From Candidatus Hadarchaeota archaeon (lineage in GTDB: Archaea > CAYQAE01 > CAYVLA01): a stretch of DNA of 64,000 nt. Made by a program: the position numbers and the translations under genes. The notes below the pieces were generated by a model. It did no database searches. It was not told the origin of the DNA and worked only from the letters and a program-made list of their open reading frames with translations. Where the stretch lies: positions 40,496 through 104,495 of the forward strand of contig CAZUNO010000001.1 of NCBI GenBank assembly GCA_964621445.1. The letters are read 5' to 3'. Below are positions 18,871 to 29,018 of the stretch, one piece after another; the first letter of the stretch is position 1, and the number at the start of each line of letters is the position of its first letter.

Positions 18871-19551
18871 ATGAGAAGATTTGGCATTGAGTGGCTTTCA
18901 TTGAAGAAGCATCGAAAGGTCTACGAGGATCTTTCCGAGCACGTGGAAAAGACATGTGAGGCGGTTAGCCTTCTCCAGGAAGGGGTCAGATGCGTGTGCG
19001 AGAAGGACTACGAGCCATTGGATGAGATTGTCCAAAAGGTTCTGGCCCTTGAGAGGGAAGCAGACGAGATTTCAAAGCAAACGATGGACGACCTGGCCGT
19101 CTCCGTTCTAACTTCCATAGATAGAGGGGACCTGATGAACCTGGTGTTTCAAGTTGAGAAGATCGCTGCCGAGGCCGAAGGGCTGGCCTATAGATTGGAA
19201 CGGGCTAAGAGCCTGGAGATAGCGGTCCCCGCCAGGATCGGTGAGGGCCTGGAGGAGGTTGGTGGTGATGTTTGCAGGACCTTTGACTCGCTTAGGGAGT
19301 GTATTTTTGAGTTGCCATCCAGCCTGGAGGGGGCGGTCTCCCTGGGTGACAGGGTATCCGATCTCGAGGAAAAGGTGGATATAGAGAGGAGAGAACTGTT
19401 GGAGGAACTTGGTGCCGCATTTAAGGACAGTAATGACTTTCTCTCCTACAGCGTGTTGAAGGAGATCATAGATCAGTTTGAGGCTATCGCCGATGATTCG
19501 GAGGATGCCGCCGATCTGATAAGGATACTCTGCGTTAAACACACCGGTTAA
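18871..19551 (+). CDS. DUF47 (PhoU-like) phosphate transport regulator family protein
   Basis: Motifs LEREADE, IDRGDLMNL, LEEKVD and IADDSEDAAD. ATG at 18871 chosen over the longer ORF-track start. Confidence 0.85.
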   Translation: MRRFGIEWLSLKKHRKVYEDLSEHVEKTCEAVSLLQEGVRCVCEKDYEPLDEIVQKVLALEREADEISKQTMDDLAVSVLTSIDRGDLMNLVFQVEKIAAEAEGLAYRLERAKSLEIAVPARIGEGLEEVGGDVCRTFDSLRECIFELPSSLEGAVSLGDRVSDLEEKVDIERRELLEELGAAFKDSNDFLSYSVLKEIIDQFEAIADDSEDAADLIRILCVKHTG

Positions 19552-19666
19552 AAATTAATTTTCCGTCTCGCAATTTATTATAGGCCATAATGGAAAACTT
19601 TTAAGTCTATGATCCCTAAATTATGCTCAGATAGGGGCCCTTCTTTCCGGGCTTAGGGTGTAGAAA

Positions 19667-20104
19667 TTGGGTTTTCTTACTAGAGATAAGAATGAGGATA
19701 ACGAACCGGCAGGCCTCACCATGCAACAGGTTTTCGATGGGCTGGCGCCGAAGTTCAAGGAGCTTTATGCAAAACTGGATAAACTGGATTCCCGGCTGGA
19801 TAAGCTGGAGAAAAAGGTGAATGACGTTCCAAATGCAAGTGACTTTCGTCTATTGGCATCCGAGTTGGGGCGGCTTGAAGGCGAGATGGAGAGGATGGAG
19901 AGCAAGCATAAGGAGGGCATGCTTGCCCTTTACGCTCAGGTACACAAGGAGCTAAGGTCCATCAGGGGCGACAGAGTTATTGAGATGATAGACCTTGAGC
20001 CAGCTAGTGAGGAGACCCTGGAGGAGGCCTCAGATCAACTCAGCCAACTGGCGAAGACCTGGAGAAAGAGGAGAGCACACCCCGGGCCACCGGAGCCAGA
20101 ATGA
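19667..20104 (+). CDS. Hypothetical coiled-coil protein
   Basis: 145 aa ORF with LDKLDSRLDKLEKKV heptads; AT-rich promoter-like region upstream. Confidence 0.65.
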   Translation: MGFLTRDKNEDNEPAGLTMQQVFDGLAPKFKELYAKLDKLDSRLDKLEKKVNDVPNASDFRLLASELGRLEGEMERMESKHKEGMLALYAQVHKELRSIRGDRVIEMIDLEPASEETLEEASDQLSQLAKTWRKRRAHPGPPEPE

Positions 20105-20130
20105 ATGAATAGATATCGCTTTCTAGAGCC

Positions 20131-21393
20131 CTAGGTTTCGAAGCGGGTGGCGGAAACCTGTCGATAAAGCTTACGTCGTATCATAAGCGTCCAAACGGCA
20201 ACTCCGACCAGTATAAAGGTCCCGGCCACGGTTAGCCATTCGACGATATACACCCATAGTAGAGCACGGTCCTTAGCATCCAGGGCCGATTGCATGACTC
20301 TATTTAATGAGTCCATGGCCTCCTGCATTTCTGGTATGCACTTCTCGTATTCCTCATCTATCCATAGTTCATCGACATTCCTTCGAAGAGAATCGGTCTC
20401 TGAAAGTTCTTCATTTAACTCGTTTATGTTTGCCCCGAACGTATCAGCGAATTCTATAAGGGACAGGACCAGATTTTTGGTTGACTCGTAATCGCTGATT
20501 TCCGACCTTAGCGTGTGGGTTAGGGAGACGTCGCCGGGTATCTTGGCCCTGGCCGGGAAGTAGACCAGGCGGGCAAGAACGTCTTTCCAGTACGCCCATC
20601 TATAAAATTCTACAATTCCATTTCCTCCCCAATCCCATACGAAGGCCAAAGACCGCCCTTGGCCGTAATCCCAGTAGATTATGACCTCGTCGTTCTTGGG
20701 ATCCGTGGATACGGTTTCATCGGTGGTGACTGCTAGTATGGTAGCTCCATCCTTGGGATCCGGTCTATTATGTGACCATATCAAGGGCATTTTCTCCCAC
20801 GGTATGCCCTTGGTGAGTGGGCTGTCAGTCACCGGCTTAATCCTGAAGTTGTGGTCACGGAAGCTTTTGCGACCTGCCTTAACAACGGGAAGTATGTCCC
20901 CGACCGGTGTGGGGTCCCATGGAGGTCCCGTGGTCCACACCGTGTCCGACCCACCGAAGGAGGTAGGGTCATCGGACATCAAGAATCCCATTCCAATATC
21001 CTCCACACCTTCTTTGATCCATTTTTGAACCTCGATTTTGAGGTCACTGGAGCGTATAGCCGTTAGGATTACCATATCGTAGTTTTGAAGGAAGTCAGAT
21101 CGGCTTCTTGGCAGGTAAAGTCGCAGAAACCTCTCCATCTGTTGTTTTCCAAAGGAGGGGTTGGTGGACCCGATTTCGGCTGGTATTCTCATGAGCTCGA
21201 TCTTGGGGTCCTCAATGAAGGCTCTTGTAGGGTATCCTGGTTTAACATAGGGATCTCCTATGAAAAGGGTACGTATCCTGCCGGTATTGGGATCCACCTT
21301 CGGTTCAGCAGTGACAGATGCAGATGCTGCGGCCAGGAAAAGGGCGATGATAATTAACCTAACTCTAGGCATCGGATATAATTTGATCCACAT
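20131..21393 (-). CDS. Uncharacterised signal-peptide, GATase-like-fold, single-pass membrane protein (paralog 2 of 4)
   Basis: PKVDPNTGRIRTLFIGD, RLYLPR, PVGDILP, YGQGRS and the shared C-terminal anchor motif. Confidence 0.75.
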   Translation of the reverse strand: MWIKLYPMPRVRLIIIALFLAAASASVTAEPKVDPNTGRIRTLFIGDPYVKPGYPTRAFIEDPKIELMRIPAEIGSTNPSFGKQQMERFLRLYLPRSRSDFLQNYDMVILTAIRSSDLKIEVQKWIKEGVEDIGMGFLMSDDPTSFGGSDTVWTTGPPWDPTPVGDILPVVKAGRKSFRDHNFRIKPVTDSPLTKGIPWEKMPLIWSHNRPDPKDGATILAVTTDETVSTDPKNDEVIIYWDYGQGRSLAFVWDWGGNGIVEFYRWAYWKDVLARLVYFPARAKIPGDVSLTHTLRSEISDYESTKNLVLSLIEFADTFGANINELNEELSETDSLRRNVDELWIDEEYEKCIPEMQEAMDSLNRVMQSALDAKDRALLWVYIVEWLTVAGTFILVGVAVWTLMIRRKLYRQVSATRFET

Positions 21394-21432
21394 GATATTA
21401 AACTATCAAGTTTACTATTCAATTCTCAATTA

Positions 21433-22614
21433 CTAGAAATGGTCAAAGGCAGGCTGAAAGGGTCTTCTTTTCGAAAATATTTGGTTTGCAAGCTCCAAAC
21501 TACTCCTAGACGAGTATTGGACCTCTTCCCTCACCGCCAACTCCCAAATGGAGACCGTTCCGGGTACCAGCTGGGAAAGTCTGCTCACGTCCAGTCTTAA
21601 CCATTCGTGACTCGAATTCCCAGGACTTGATACCTCGATATCACAGTCATCTCCCTCAATCAGGAATTCCCGGTTGTTTTCCTGTATTATATTATCGGTT
21701 ACTCTCAAGACCAGGCTATCATTAAACCCTCTGTAATCCTCCTTAAGAGCGGTAAGCGTCGAGGATACGTCATTAACTCTGAACATTCCGTTCCAGCTAT
21801 TTTCAATTACCGATCCGGGAAGGGAAAGGGCCAATTGTATGTCATCTCCCGGCCTTGAGGAATATACAAGACTCTCGATGTTCTTCATTCTTGAAAGTTT
21901 GCCTATCATCCCATGGATTACTTGCATGTTGTGGCACGCTATCTCCTCCACCAAAAAGCGTTTGCTTCCATCTTCCTGCTCCTTTATTCGATACCCCATA
22001 TATCCCTTGATGGAACCATCATCATACACCAGGAAGTTCCCTCGCTTCAGAATTCTCTTCTCCCAATGCACCTTGGACCTGAACATTGAACAGGGAATTT
22101 CTCCATATTTGCTTTGGTATAGAACCATCAGGTCCTCCAGATCGTCATATCGAAATTCTCTGACCTTCTCATGGCCCTCATACTCCGGTAAGCCTTTCCG
22201 GTGAATCCTCAGCCTGCTGACGATTGAGCAATTGGCCCAGCCCAATCTACCATAAAATGTGGGGTTTCCATAAAGCATTGATACCGGGAACCCTCTTTTA
22301 GCGAGGAGTTCAATCATATCCTTGAGCAAGGAGGTGGCAATTCCTCTTCTCCGATACCTATGAAGGGTGCAAACCTCTGCTATGCCGCCCATACGGACCC
22401 TTGCTTTTCCTAATGCTACTACCCTGGGAGCACTGCGAAGATATGCGATGAGCTTACCGTCCTTATCGGCGACTCTGGCTAGGTTGAAGTCGTAAAAGGG
22501 GTCAAGTTCATAGATACGCTGAAAGGATTCCTCTGTTGATTCGAAGGCGGTTGAAGTAAGCTTGATCATTTCCCGGAGCTCATTTTCCCGAAGTGCCCTA
22601 ATATCGTAGTCCAT
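21433..22614 (-). CDS. Eis-like GNAT acetyltransferase with C-terminal SCP2-like domain
   Basis: GGIAEVCT..YRRRGIA and FYGRLGW; tandem GNAT length of 393 aa; ..V.D..I..N motif. Confidence 0.85.
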   Translation of the reverse strand: MDYDIRALRENELREMIKLTSTAFESTEESFQRIYELDPFYDFNLARVADKDGKLIAYLRSAPRVVALGKARVRMGGIAEVCTLHRYRRRGIATSLLKDMIELLAKRGFPVSMLYGNPTFYGRLGWANCSIVSRLRIHRKGLPEYEGHEKVREFRYDDLEDLMVLYQSKYGEIPCSMFRSKVHWEKRILKRGNFLVYDDGSIKGYMGYRIKEQEDGSKRFLVEEIACHNMQVIHGMIGKLSRMKNIESLVYSSRPGDDIQLALSLPGSVIENSWNGMFRVNDVSSTLTALKEDYRGFNDSLVLRVTDNIIQENNREFLIEGDDCDIEVSSPGNSSHEWLRLDVSRLSQLVPGTVSIWELAVREEVQYSSRSSLELANQIFSKRRPFQPAFDHF

Positions 22615-22856
22615 TATCCATAATTGGGTTCTATGAGTGAAAAAATGTTGTAGAAACTGGATGAGGAGATCATACTAATATAGAACGAAATCAAGTTTAA
22701 AACGCAACACGGGATGAGGATGATGCAGATATTGATTATGATGAAAAAGTACCAACCAGCCGACCGTGTTGTACTAAAGCTTGACCCAATAAATGGTGAA
22801 AGTACTTACTTGAAACTATTGCTGGGGAATAGCAATCGTCAGCGAGATGCATGATT

Positions 22857-23132
22857 TCATATAGGATGGCAAATTACTCCGTGTATAATCTTTCTTGCCT
22901 CCTCTTTGGAGATTTCGCCCCCCAGGACCTCGGCCACTATATGCCTTACTTTGGTCCTTTCCTTCTCGGAAAGGTTCAGTTTGAATCGTTCTGGAGGCTC
23001 TCTGGACTTGAACCAATCACAGGAACCTCGGCAGAGGAATTTGTGGAGAATTTGCCTTGCCTCCACGCTGTTAACATCCCATTCCTTTGCAATCTTCCTC
23101 TGTATGGTTTCAACCTCTTCCTTGAATGACAT
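22857..23132 (-). CDS. Small hypothetical protein with CxxxC and C-terminal CH
   Basis: ORF with plausible composition; HKFLCRGSCDW..HGVICH could bind a metal. Confidence 0.6.
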   Translation of the reverse strand: MSFKEEVETIQRKIAKEWDVNSVEARQILHKFLCRGSCDWFKSREPPERFKLNLSEKERTKVRHIVAEVLGGEISKEEARKIIHGVICHPI

Positions 23133-23314
23133 TTTCTTCAACTCTCAACAGAAGGTAGTTAGTTTACCTGTATATCTTTCCCGGCAGTATGGGAGATTAA
23201 CGTTTACCGAGCTGGTATAGCTCTCTATATTCTATTTTTTTGCCAAACCTCCTGGAGTTCTTGGTAAAGGGAGTAAGGGAGTGAATATAAAAGGAAGCTA
23301 GGAAAACTTAGGCT

Positions 23315-24247
23315 ATGCAGGATGAAGATCAGGAAAAGAAAAATGAAGAGGACTCGGGACCGGTATCAAAATACAGAGCAGCTGGAAAAGTAGCCGGCAA
23401 GGCACGGGAACATGGGGCGTCTCTAATCGAGCCGGGAGCCAAGCTGATAGACGTATGCGAGGAGATCGAAAGCATGATCAGGAATCTGGGATGTGAACCC
23501 GCTTTTCCTGCTAATATCTCCGTAAATCACATCGCTGCCCACTATACAAGTCCTCCGGGTGACTCGTCGGTGCTTGAGGAGGGCCAGCTGGTAAAGCTGG
23601 ATGTTGGGGCCCAATTGGATGGCTATATCGGGGATACCGCCAAGACGGTTATCGTAGGAGGGGGAGAAAATGAAATAATGAAATCCACCAGGGAAGCGCA
23701 CCAGGCAGTCATCGACATGGCCGGTCCGGGGGTGGAGACCAACGTTATAGGAAAGGAGATAGAGGACGTGATCCGTAGCTATGGTTATGTTCCCATAAAA
23801 CAGCTTTCCGGTCACACGCTTGAGCAATATGTTCAGCACGGAGGAAAGACCATTCCCAATTTCGGGGTACCATCAGGTGAACCTTTGAAGCCCGGGGAGG
23901 CCTATGGCATGGACATATTCGCCAGCGATGGAACCGGAAACGTGACGGAATCGGCTAAAACCCACATATACGGCCTAAATCAGGATAATCCGTTTCCCAG
24001 ACTCAGAATGGGAAAGAAGCTTTACTCATATATCGCTGAAAATTTCAGGACTCTACCTTTCTGCGAGAGATGGTTTTCCGGAAAGGTACCTGGTGCAAAG
24101 ATCGGTCTGCGGGAGATGGTCCAGAAAAAGGCTTTGCGGGAATATTCGGTACTTTCGGAAAGGAAGGATGTCCTTGTGGCCCAGAGTGAGCATACCTTTG
24201 TGGTTAACGAGGATGGAATAGAGGTCACTACCAGGGTTGACCAATAG
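23315..24247 (+). CDS. map: Methionine aminopeptidase type II
   Basis: Motifs AFPANISVNHIAAHYT, KLDVGAQLDGYIGDTA, LSGH, TLPFCERW and AQSEHT. Confidence 0.95.
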   Translation: MQDEDQEKKNEEDSGPVSKYRAAGKVAGKAREHGASLIEPGAKLIDVCEEIESMIRNLGCEPAFPANISVNHIAAHYTSPPGDSSVLEEGQLVKLDVGAQLDGYIGDTAKTVIVGGGENEIMKSTREAHQAVIDMAGPGVETNVIGKEIEDVIRSYGYVPIKQLSGHTLEQYVQHGGKTIPNFGVPSGEPLKPGEAYGMDIFASDGTGNVTESAKTHIYGLNQDNPFPRLRMGKKLYSYIAENFRTLPFCERWFSGKVPGAKIGLREMVQKKALREYSVLSERKDVLVAQSEHTFVVNEDGIEVTTRVDQ

Positions 24248-24251
24248 GTGT

Positions 24252-24881
24252 TCAATTCTTTTCCAGCCTAACCAATATGGCACCGATTGCCAGGGAAGGG
24301 AACAAAACCAATATTCCAAATTCCGATATCTGGGTTTCGGGGGCAAGGGCTATCACCAATGAGCCCGATTTCCCGATGTTGTCCCTCGTCTCCAGCATGG
24401 GGTATCCTTTGTATCGATCGCTTCTGACAAATCCGTATGGATTTGTATGGTCCATGCCCCATTCCATCCAGTACATGTCCCAGGGACCGGTTTCCTGATA
24501 GACGGTGTCATACAGGATAACGTTGACGTATGCTTGTGAATCCACATCCTCGAAATCGATTGCAGCGAAACTATACTTATGACCAGAATAGCTCATGCTC
24601 ATGCTGGATGGGTCTGATGCAGTCCATCCATTGAGTGCATCCGGCAACTGGTCCTCCAGGTCGCCGGGGGGTATCATTTCATCCTCATGCCCCTGGACTA
24701 ATCCATCAATTGCGGCGAGGTCCATGTTACCCGCGTATTGATACAGTATATCATTAGATTGTGTCATACGGCCTCCGACAAGAACCGTTATCCGTGAGTT
24801 GGTGGGATCTTCAGCCAATGCGCTTACGGCAAAAAAGACCAGCGCTGCAAATGTGATTGCAGTAAGTTTAATCGCTCTCAT
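24252..24881 (-). CDS. Secreted/surface protein with PEF-CTERM-like C-terminal anchor
   Basis: Signal peptide ending ALA; C-terminus ISEF + hydrophobic helix + basic residues. Confidence 0.65.
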   Translation of the reverse strand: MRAIKLTAITFAALVFFAVSALAEDPTNSRITVLVGGRMTQSNDILYQYAGNMDLAAIDGLVQGHEDEMIPPGDLEDQLPDALNGWTASDPSSMSMSYSGHKYSFAAIDFEDVDSQAYVNVILYDTVYQETGPWDMYWMEWGMDHTNPYGFVRSDRYKGYPMLETRDNIGKSGSLVIALAPETQISEFGILVLFPSLAIGAILVRLEKN

Positions 24882-25085
24882 GCAATATCTCCAGAGAATG
24901 CCAGAGAGAACCTAGCCGCACATAAATATGATTCCTCCAAAAATTACCGTTACTTGAGAGCAAGAATCTTCTAATTCCGGAAATAAATTCAAATATATTG
25001 AATATGTTGACCTATTGAATTCACTCGGGTCCTTTATCTACTATAGGCTTTAGTCTTCAATGCATCCCGGTATTGAACCAGTCGA

Positions 25086-26075
25086 TCATCTTGATATGCC
25101 TTTATCTACTGCAATCTCGGCTATATCCTGAGAATAGGATATGATTCGATGGAGGCTCTCAGCTATTAGCATCTGGGTGGCCACGTTCTCCGTTTCCTGT
25201 CTGGACACGTTGCTAAAGGTAGATATAGCATAGTCCTCCCTGTGGTTATCAACCCTAGTGAGGACCTCCCTGGCGTCGTCGATTTTATTCCTCAGGAAGG
25301 ATCTTGCGCTCTGATCAAAGATATCATAACATAAACGGGCGAGTTTGATCAGGGAAGGGGGCGTGGAATAGTCCTGGGGCATACTTTCCAGGAGTTCGCA
25401 TACGTTCTCGATGTGATCACATATCCTCTCCACATTCCTGGAAACCGAGAGATGGCAGGTCGCTAGCCTGATATCGAGCTCAACGGTATCGGCGAATCTA
25501 TGGTCCATTATGCCGTAGTTGATTTGCCTGACCAGAAACCAGTGTGTTCTGTCCGCGTGTGGTTCCCTGGCCGCGATATCGCCAAGCAGTTCCTGGTCCT
25601 GGTTTTCCATTGCCTTGGGCAGATCCTGGATCATGGATTTGGCCAGTAATACCAGGCGGGAGAGTGCTGAAGGTAAGGTCAGCTGGGTGGGATCAAGCAT
25701 CTGTCTTATCTCCATGGTTCTGGTATCCTCCCTGACTACCTCAAGTCCCATTAACCCCTCCACTAGCTGAAAGACCTCGTTCCTGCTTTCCTGGTCCATC
25801 TGCTGGGATTTCAATAGAATTGTATCAAAACCCATAATATAGGCTGCAATAACCTCCCGTGTGGTCAGGCTGAGGTCCTGTTGGAGGGAGATCTCCTTGA
25901 CCCTCTGATCGGATTCCCTCTTATTCAAGGGATATAGGGATATACTACCGTCATCGTTCTCGGATATCACGACTCTTGAGCCCTTTTCGATGCCATTTTC
26001 CTGAGCCCAATCTTTTGGTAAGCTTACCGTGAATGTGGATCCTCCCGTCATCTGGATCGATCTAACTTCTTCCAT
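25086..26075 (-). CDS. Archaeal phosphate uptake regulator (AbrB/SpoVT DNA-binding domain + PhoU repeats)
   Basis: R.IQ.TGGSTFTVSLPK.W, AAYIMGFD, GLEVV and VERICDH; divergent from pstS. Confidence 0.92.
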   Translation of the reverse strand: MEEVRSIQMTGGSTFTVSLPKDWAQENGIEKGSRVVISENDDGSISLYPLNKRESDQRVKEISLQQDLSLTTREVIAAYIMGFDTILLKSQQMDQESRNEVFQLVEGLMGLEVVREDTRTMEIRQMLDPTQLTLPSALSRLVLLAKSMIQDLPKAMENQDQELLGDIAAREPHADRTHWFLVRQINYGIMDHRFADTVELDIRLATCHLSVSRNVERICDHIENVCELLESMPQDYSTPPSLIKLARLCYDIFDQSARSFLRNKIDDAREVLTRVDNHREDYAISTFSNVSRQETENVATQMLIAESLHRIISYSQDIAEIAVDKGISR

Positions 26076-26090
26076 AAAGTGAGTTATTGA

Positions 26091-26126
26091 TTCTATGTAT
26101 AAATAATTTCTCTATATATAGTATAG
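26091..26126. promoter_or_regulatory. Candidate operator/promoter between the regulator and pstS
   Basis: Perfect palindrome CTATATATAG at 26112-26121, flanked by related CTATGTAT and TATAG words. Confidence 0.35.
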
Positions 26127-26203
26127 GGTGAAGATTATTGAGGAGCATGAGCAACCAGCGCCCCAACTCCATAAGGAGTTATGAATTAAATGAGGAGGAA
26201 AAA

Positions 26204-27022
26204 ATGAAACGACCAAGCGCTTTGGCACTAGGCGCAGTAACACTATTGATATCTTCGCTATTGCTCGGTTGTATCAGCGACTCGAGCTCAGGAACGATAG
26301 AGATTGCAGGATCAACGACGGTTCTTCCCATTGCTAGCAAATGCGCGGAGGAATACATGGATCAACATGATGATGCCGATATTCAGGTTAGTGGTGGCGG
26401 ATCCAGTGTAGGAATTCAATCAGCTGGTGAGGGCACCGCGGACATAGGCATGGCTTCCAGGCAGATCAAGGATTCTGAGATGGATGAGTATCCTGATCTT
26501 GTCGAGCACGTGGTTGCAAAGGATGGTATCGCGATTATCGTCCATACAAGCAACACGGTAGCTAAACTAACCCCAGCACAGGTGAAGTCGATCTACAAAG
26601 GCGAGGTCACCAACTGGAATGAAGTCGGTGGCCCCGATAAAGTGATCGTTGTGGTCGGTAGGGACACTGCCTCCGGTACCAGGGAGTTCTTCCATGAAGC
26701 CGTCTTGGACGAAGAGGACTTCGTTAGCGGCATGCTTGAGAAGGCTTCCAACGCGGGAGTACTGGAAACCGTGAAGGGTACTGAGGGCGCCATTGGCTTC
26801 GTTGGTCTTGGCTATGTCGATGAGACGATTAAGGCCTTGAAGATCAATGATGCGGTTCCGACCGTTGCCAATGTGATCAGCGGTGATTACCCGATTTCGA
26901 GATCGCTATACATGTACACCAAGGGCCAACCAACAGGACTGGCAAACGACTTCATCAACTTCATCCTGTCGTCTGAGGGCCAAGCAATAGTTGCAGAAGA
27001 GGGTTATGTCCCACTTCAATAA
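26204..27022 (+). CDS. pstS: Phosphate ABC transporter substrate-binding lipoprotein
   Basis: Lipobox LLGC; motifs AGSTTVLP, GGGSSVG, DIGMASR, SGTR and YPISR. ATG follows GAGGAGG. Confidence 0.96.
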   Translation: MKRPSALALGAVTLLISSLLLGCISDSSSGTIEIAGSTTVLPIASKCAEEYMDQHDDADIQVSGGGSSVGIQSAGEGTADIGMASRQIKDSEMDEYPDLVEHVVAKDGIAIIVHTSNTVAKLTPAQVKSIYKGEVTNWNEVGGPDKVIVVVGRDTASGTREFFHEAVLDEEDFVSGMLEKASNAGVLETVKGTEGAIGFVGLGYVDETIKALKINDAVPTVANVISGDYPISRSLYMYTKGQPTGLANDFINFILSSEGQAIVAEEGYVPLQ

Positions 27023-27035
27023 TTAACAAAACACC

Positions 27036-27071
27036 AGGGGGAGTATCTTTTTAATTCCCCCTCTTTCTTTT
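27036..27071 (+). terminator. Stem-loop plus U-rich tract between pstS and pstCA
   Basis: AGGGGGAGT (27036-27044) pairs with ATTCCCCCT (27054-27062), followed by CTTTCTTTT. Confidence 0.6.
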
Positions 27072-27103
27072 GTAAATCATCTTTTGAATGAGGTGTAAAC
27101 GTT

Positions 27104-29014
27104 TTGAGGTTATGGGATCTCAAAGAGAAGGCAATCAAGTCAATTTTCTTCGTTTGCGCCATTTTTGCCACAATAACCGTCATATTCATCATTTCTTTTC
27201 TTTTCGCTGAGGCCTTTCCCGCCTTTAAGGAAATTGGGGTGGGCACGTTGGTCCTCGGCCCGGAATGGGTGCCCACTGGAGTTCCAAAACGTTTTGGGGG
27301 CCTGCCAATGGTGGTGGGTACACTGTTGGTCACCCTTGGTGCAGTAGCCTTTTGTGGTCCCCTTGGGGTGGCCTGCGCCCTATTTCTTTCCCAGGTAGCT
27401 CCGCCCAAAGCCCGGTCGATATTGAAGCCCGCAGTTGAATTATTGGCCGCAATACCTTCCGTGGTCTATGGGTTCTTCGGACTCACGGTCATGGCCAGGT
27501 GGCTAATGAATACCTTTGATCTTCCCACCGGGGAGACATGGCTAAACGGCTCGATCCTGCTAGGTATAATGGCACTGCCGACCGTGGTCAGCGTTTCGGA
27601 GGAGGCCTTGACAGCAGTTCCAAGGGAGTTCGAGGAGGCATCATTGGCCATGGGTGCCAACAAGTGGCAGACGATTCGGAGGGTTATCCTACCATCGGCG
27701 CTTTCCGGAATCACAGCAGCGATCGTTCTAGGGTTGGGGAGGGCAATAGGCGAAACCATGGCCGTAATGATGGCAACGGGCAATGCACCGATAATTCCTG
27801 ATCCGCTTTGGGACGTCTTTACACCGATTAGAACCATTACCGGTTGCCTGGGAACGGAGATGGGAGAGGTGCCCCTGGGGAGCCTCCATTACCATGCGCT
27901 TTTCTCCTTGGCAGTTATACTTTTCGTGGTTGTCATTGCCATCAATTTCGCTGCTATCTGGGTTCTCGGATACATAAGGAAAAAACAGTTTGGAGAAGGA
28001 AAGGGATCTTGGCTTAGCATTCCGATACCTCAGGAGGTCAAACTAGCATTTAGGAAGGGCCTAATTCTAACCATTTCTGCTGCAATTCTGTCCATTATCT
28101 ATCTCTCATTGGGATTGGTAGCGGTCCTCTGCATCATAGGTGCTTATTTAGCCTATAGGTATATTGCACCAAGATTAGGCCCCGATCGCTCACAGAGTTT
28201 GGCGGTGAGCATACTGTGGACCAGCGGGATCGTCACCCTAGTGATTCTTGGCATTCTAGTAGGTTTTATTTTCGTAAAGGGAGCGCCGGCAATAACTTGG
28301 GATTTCCTGACCAAGGCTCCTAGGGACTCCGGGCGGGCCGGAGGAATATTCCCAGCAATTCTAGGTACCATCTACCTAGTCGTAGGTGCTATAGCGTTTA
28401 GTCTCCCCATAGGAATGGGGGCGGCGATATACCTTTCCGAGTACGCCAGGGAGGGTAGAATCACTCGCCTAATCCGAATGGGTGTCGATGCCCTAAACGG
28501 CACCCCATCGGTGGTTTTCGGACTCTTTGGAATGGCATTTTTCGTTCTATATCTTCAATTTGGAAGGAGCATGATCGCGGGCCAGCTGACCTTGGGTCTC
28601 ATGGTATTGCCGGTAATAGTAAGAACCACCGAGGAGAGCCTAAAGTTCGTCCCCATGTCGCTCAGGGAAGGGAGCCTGGCCTTAGGAGCTACCAAGTGGC
28701 AAACCGTTAGAAGAGTAGTCCTCCCACCTTCCCTTCCGGGAATTATTACCGGGGCTATACTGGCCATAGGAAGGGTTGCGGGGGAGACCGCACCAATAAT
28801 CTTTACCTGCGCCGTTTTCATCACCAGGTTCCTGCCCGATAGCCTCTTCGATTCGGTTATGGCTTTGACCTATCACCTTTACACGCTGGCGGTGGGAGTA
28901 CCACGCTCGACCCAGAATGCTTATGGGACAGCGGTGGTGCTGCTAACTCTGGTTTTACTAATTGATTTGGGTGCAATAATCATCAGAAATAGATACTATA
29001 GGGAGAAGTTGTGA
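27104..29014 (+). CDS. pstCA: Fused phosphate ABC permease PstC-PstA
   Basis: Two permease units in one ORF: [21 protein letters not shown] and [18 protein letters not shown]. Confidence 0.94.
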   Translation: MRLWDLKEKAIKSIFFVCAIFATITVIFIISFLFAEAFPAFKEIGVGTLVLGPEWVPTGVPKRFGGLPMVVGTLLVTLGAVAFCGPLGVACALFLSQVAPPKARSILKPAVELLAAIPSVVYGFFGLTVMARWLMNTFDLPTGETWLNGSILLGIMALPTVVSVSEEALTAVPREFEEASLAMGANKWQTIRRVILPSALSGITAAIVLGLGRAIGETMAVMMATGNAPIIPDPLWDVFTPIRTITGCLGTEMGEVPLGSLHYHALFSLAVILFVVVIAINFAAIWVLGYIRKKQFGEGKGSWLSIPIPQEVKLAFRKGLILTISAAILSIIYLSLGLVAVLCIIGAYLAYRYIAPRLGPDRSQSLAVSILWTSGIVTLVILGILVGFIFVKGAPAITWDFLTKAPRDSGRAGGIFPAILGTIYLVVGAIAFSLPIGMGAAIYLSEYAREGRITRLIRMGVDALNGTPSVVFGLFGMAFFVLYLQFGRSMIAGQLTLGLMVLPVIVRTTEESLKFVPMSLREGSLALGATKWQTVRRVVLPPSLPGIITGAILAIGRVAGETAPIIFTCAVFITRFLPDSLFDSVMALTYHLYTLAVGVPRSTQNAYGTAVVLLTLVLLIDLGAIIIRNRYYREKL

Positions 29015-29018
29015 TAAC

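Noticed and set aside
18597-18890. 97 aa ORF and the extended DUF47 start at 18796
   Set aside because: The ORF is antisense to the tRNA-Leu gene, and the extension runs into the tRNA's upstream promoter region.
22714-22854. 46-codon ORF with KYQPADRVVLKLDP, faintly like ribosomal protein L21e
   Set aside because: Too short and lacks the other L21e motifs; the resemblance is probably chance.
24987-25003. Palindrome ATTCAA-N5-TTGAAT upstream of the surface protein gene
   Set aside because: Single occurrence in an AT-rich spacer, which could arise by chance.
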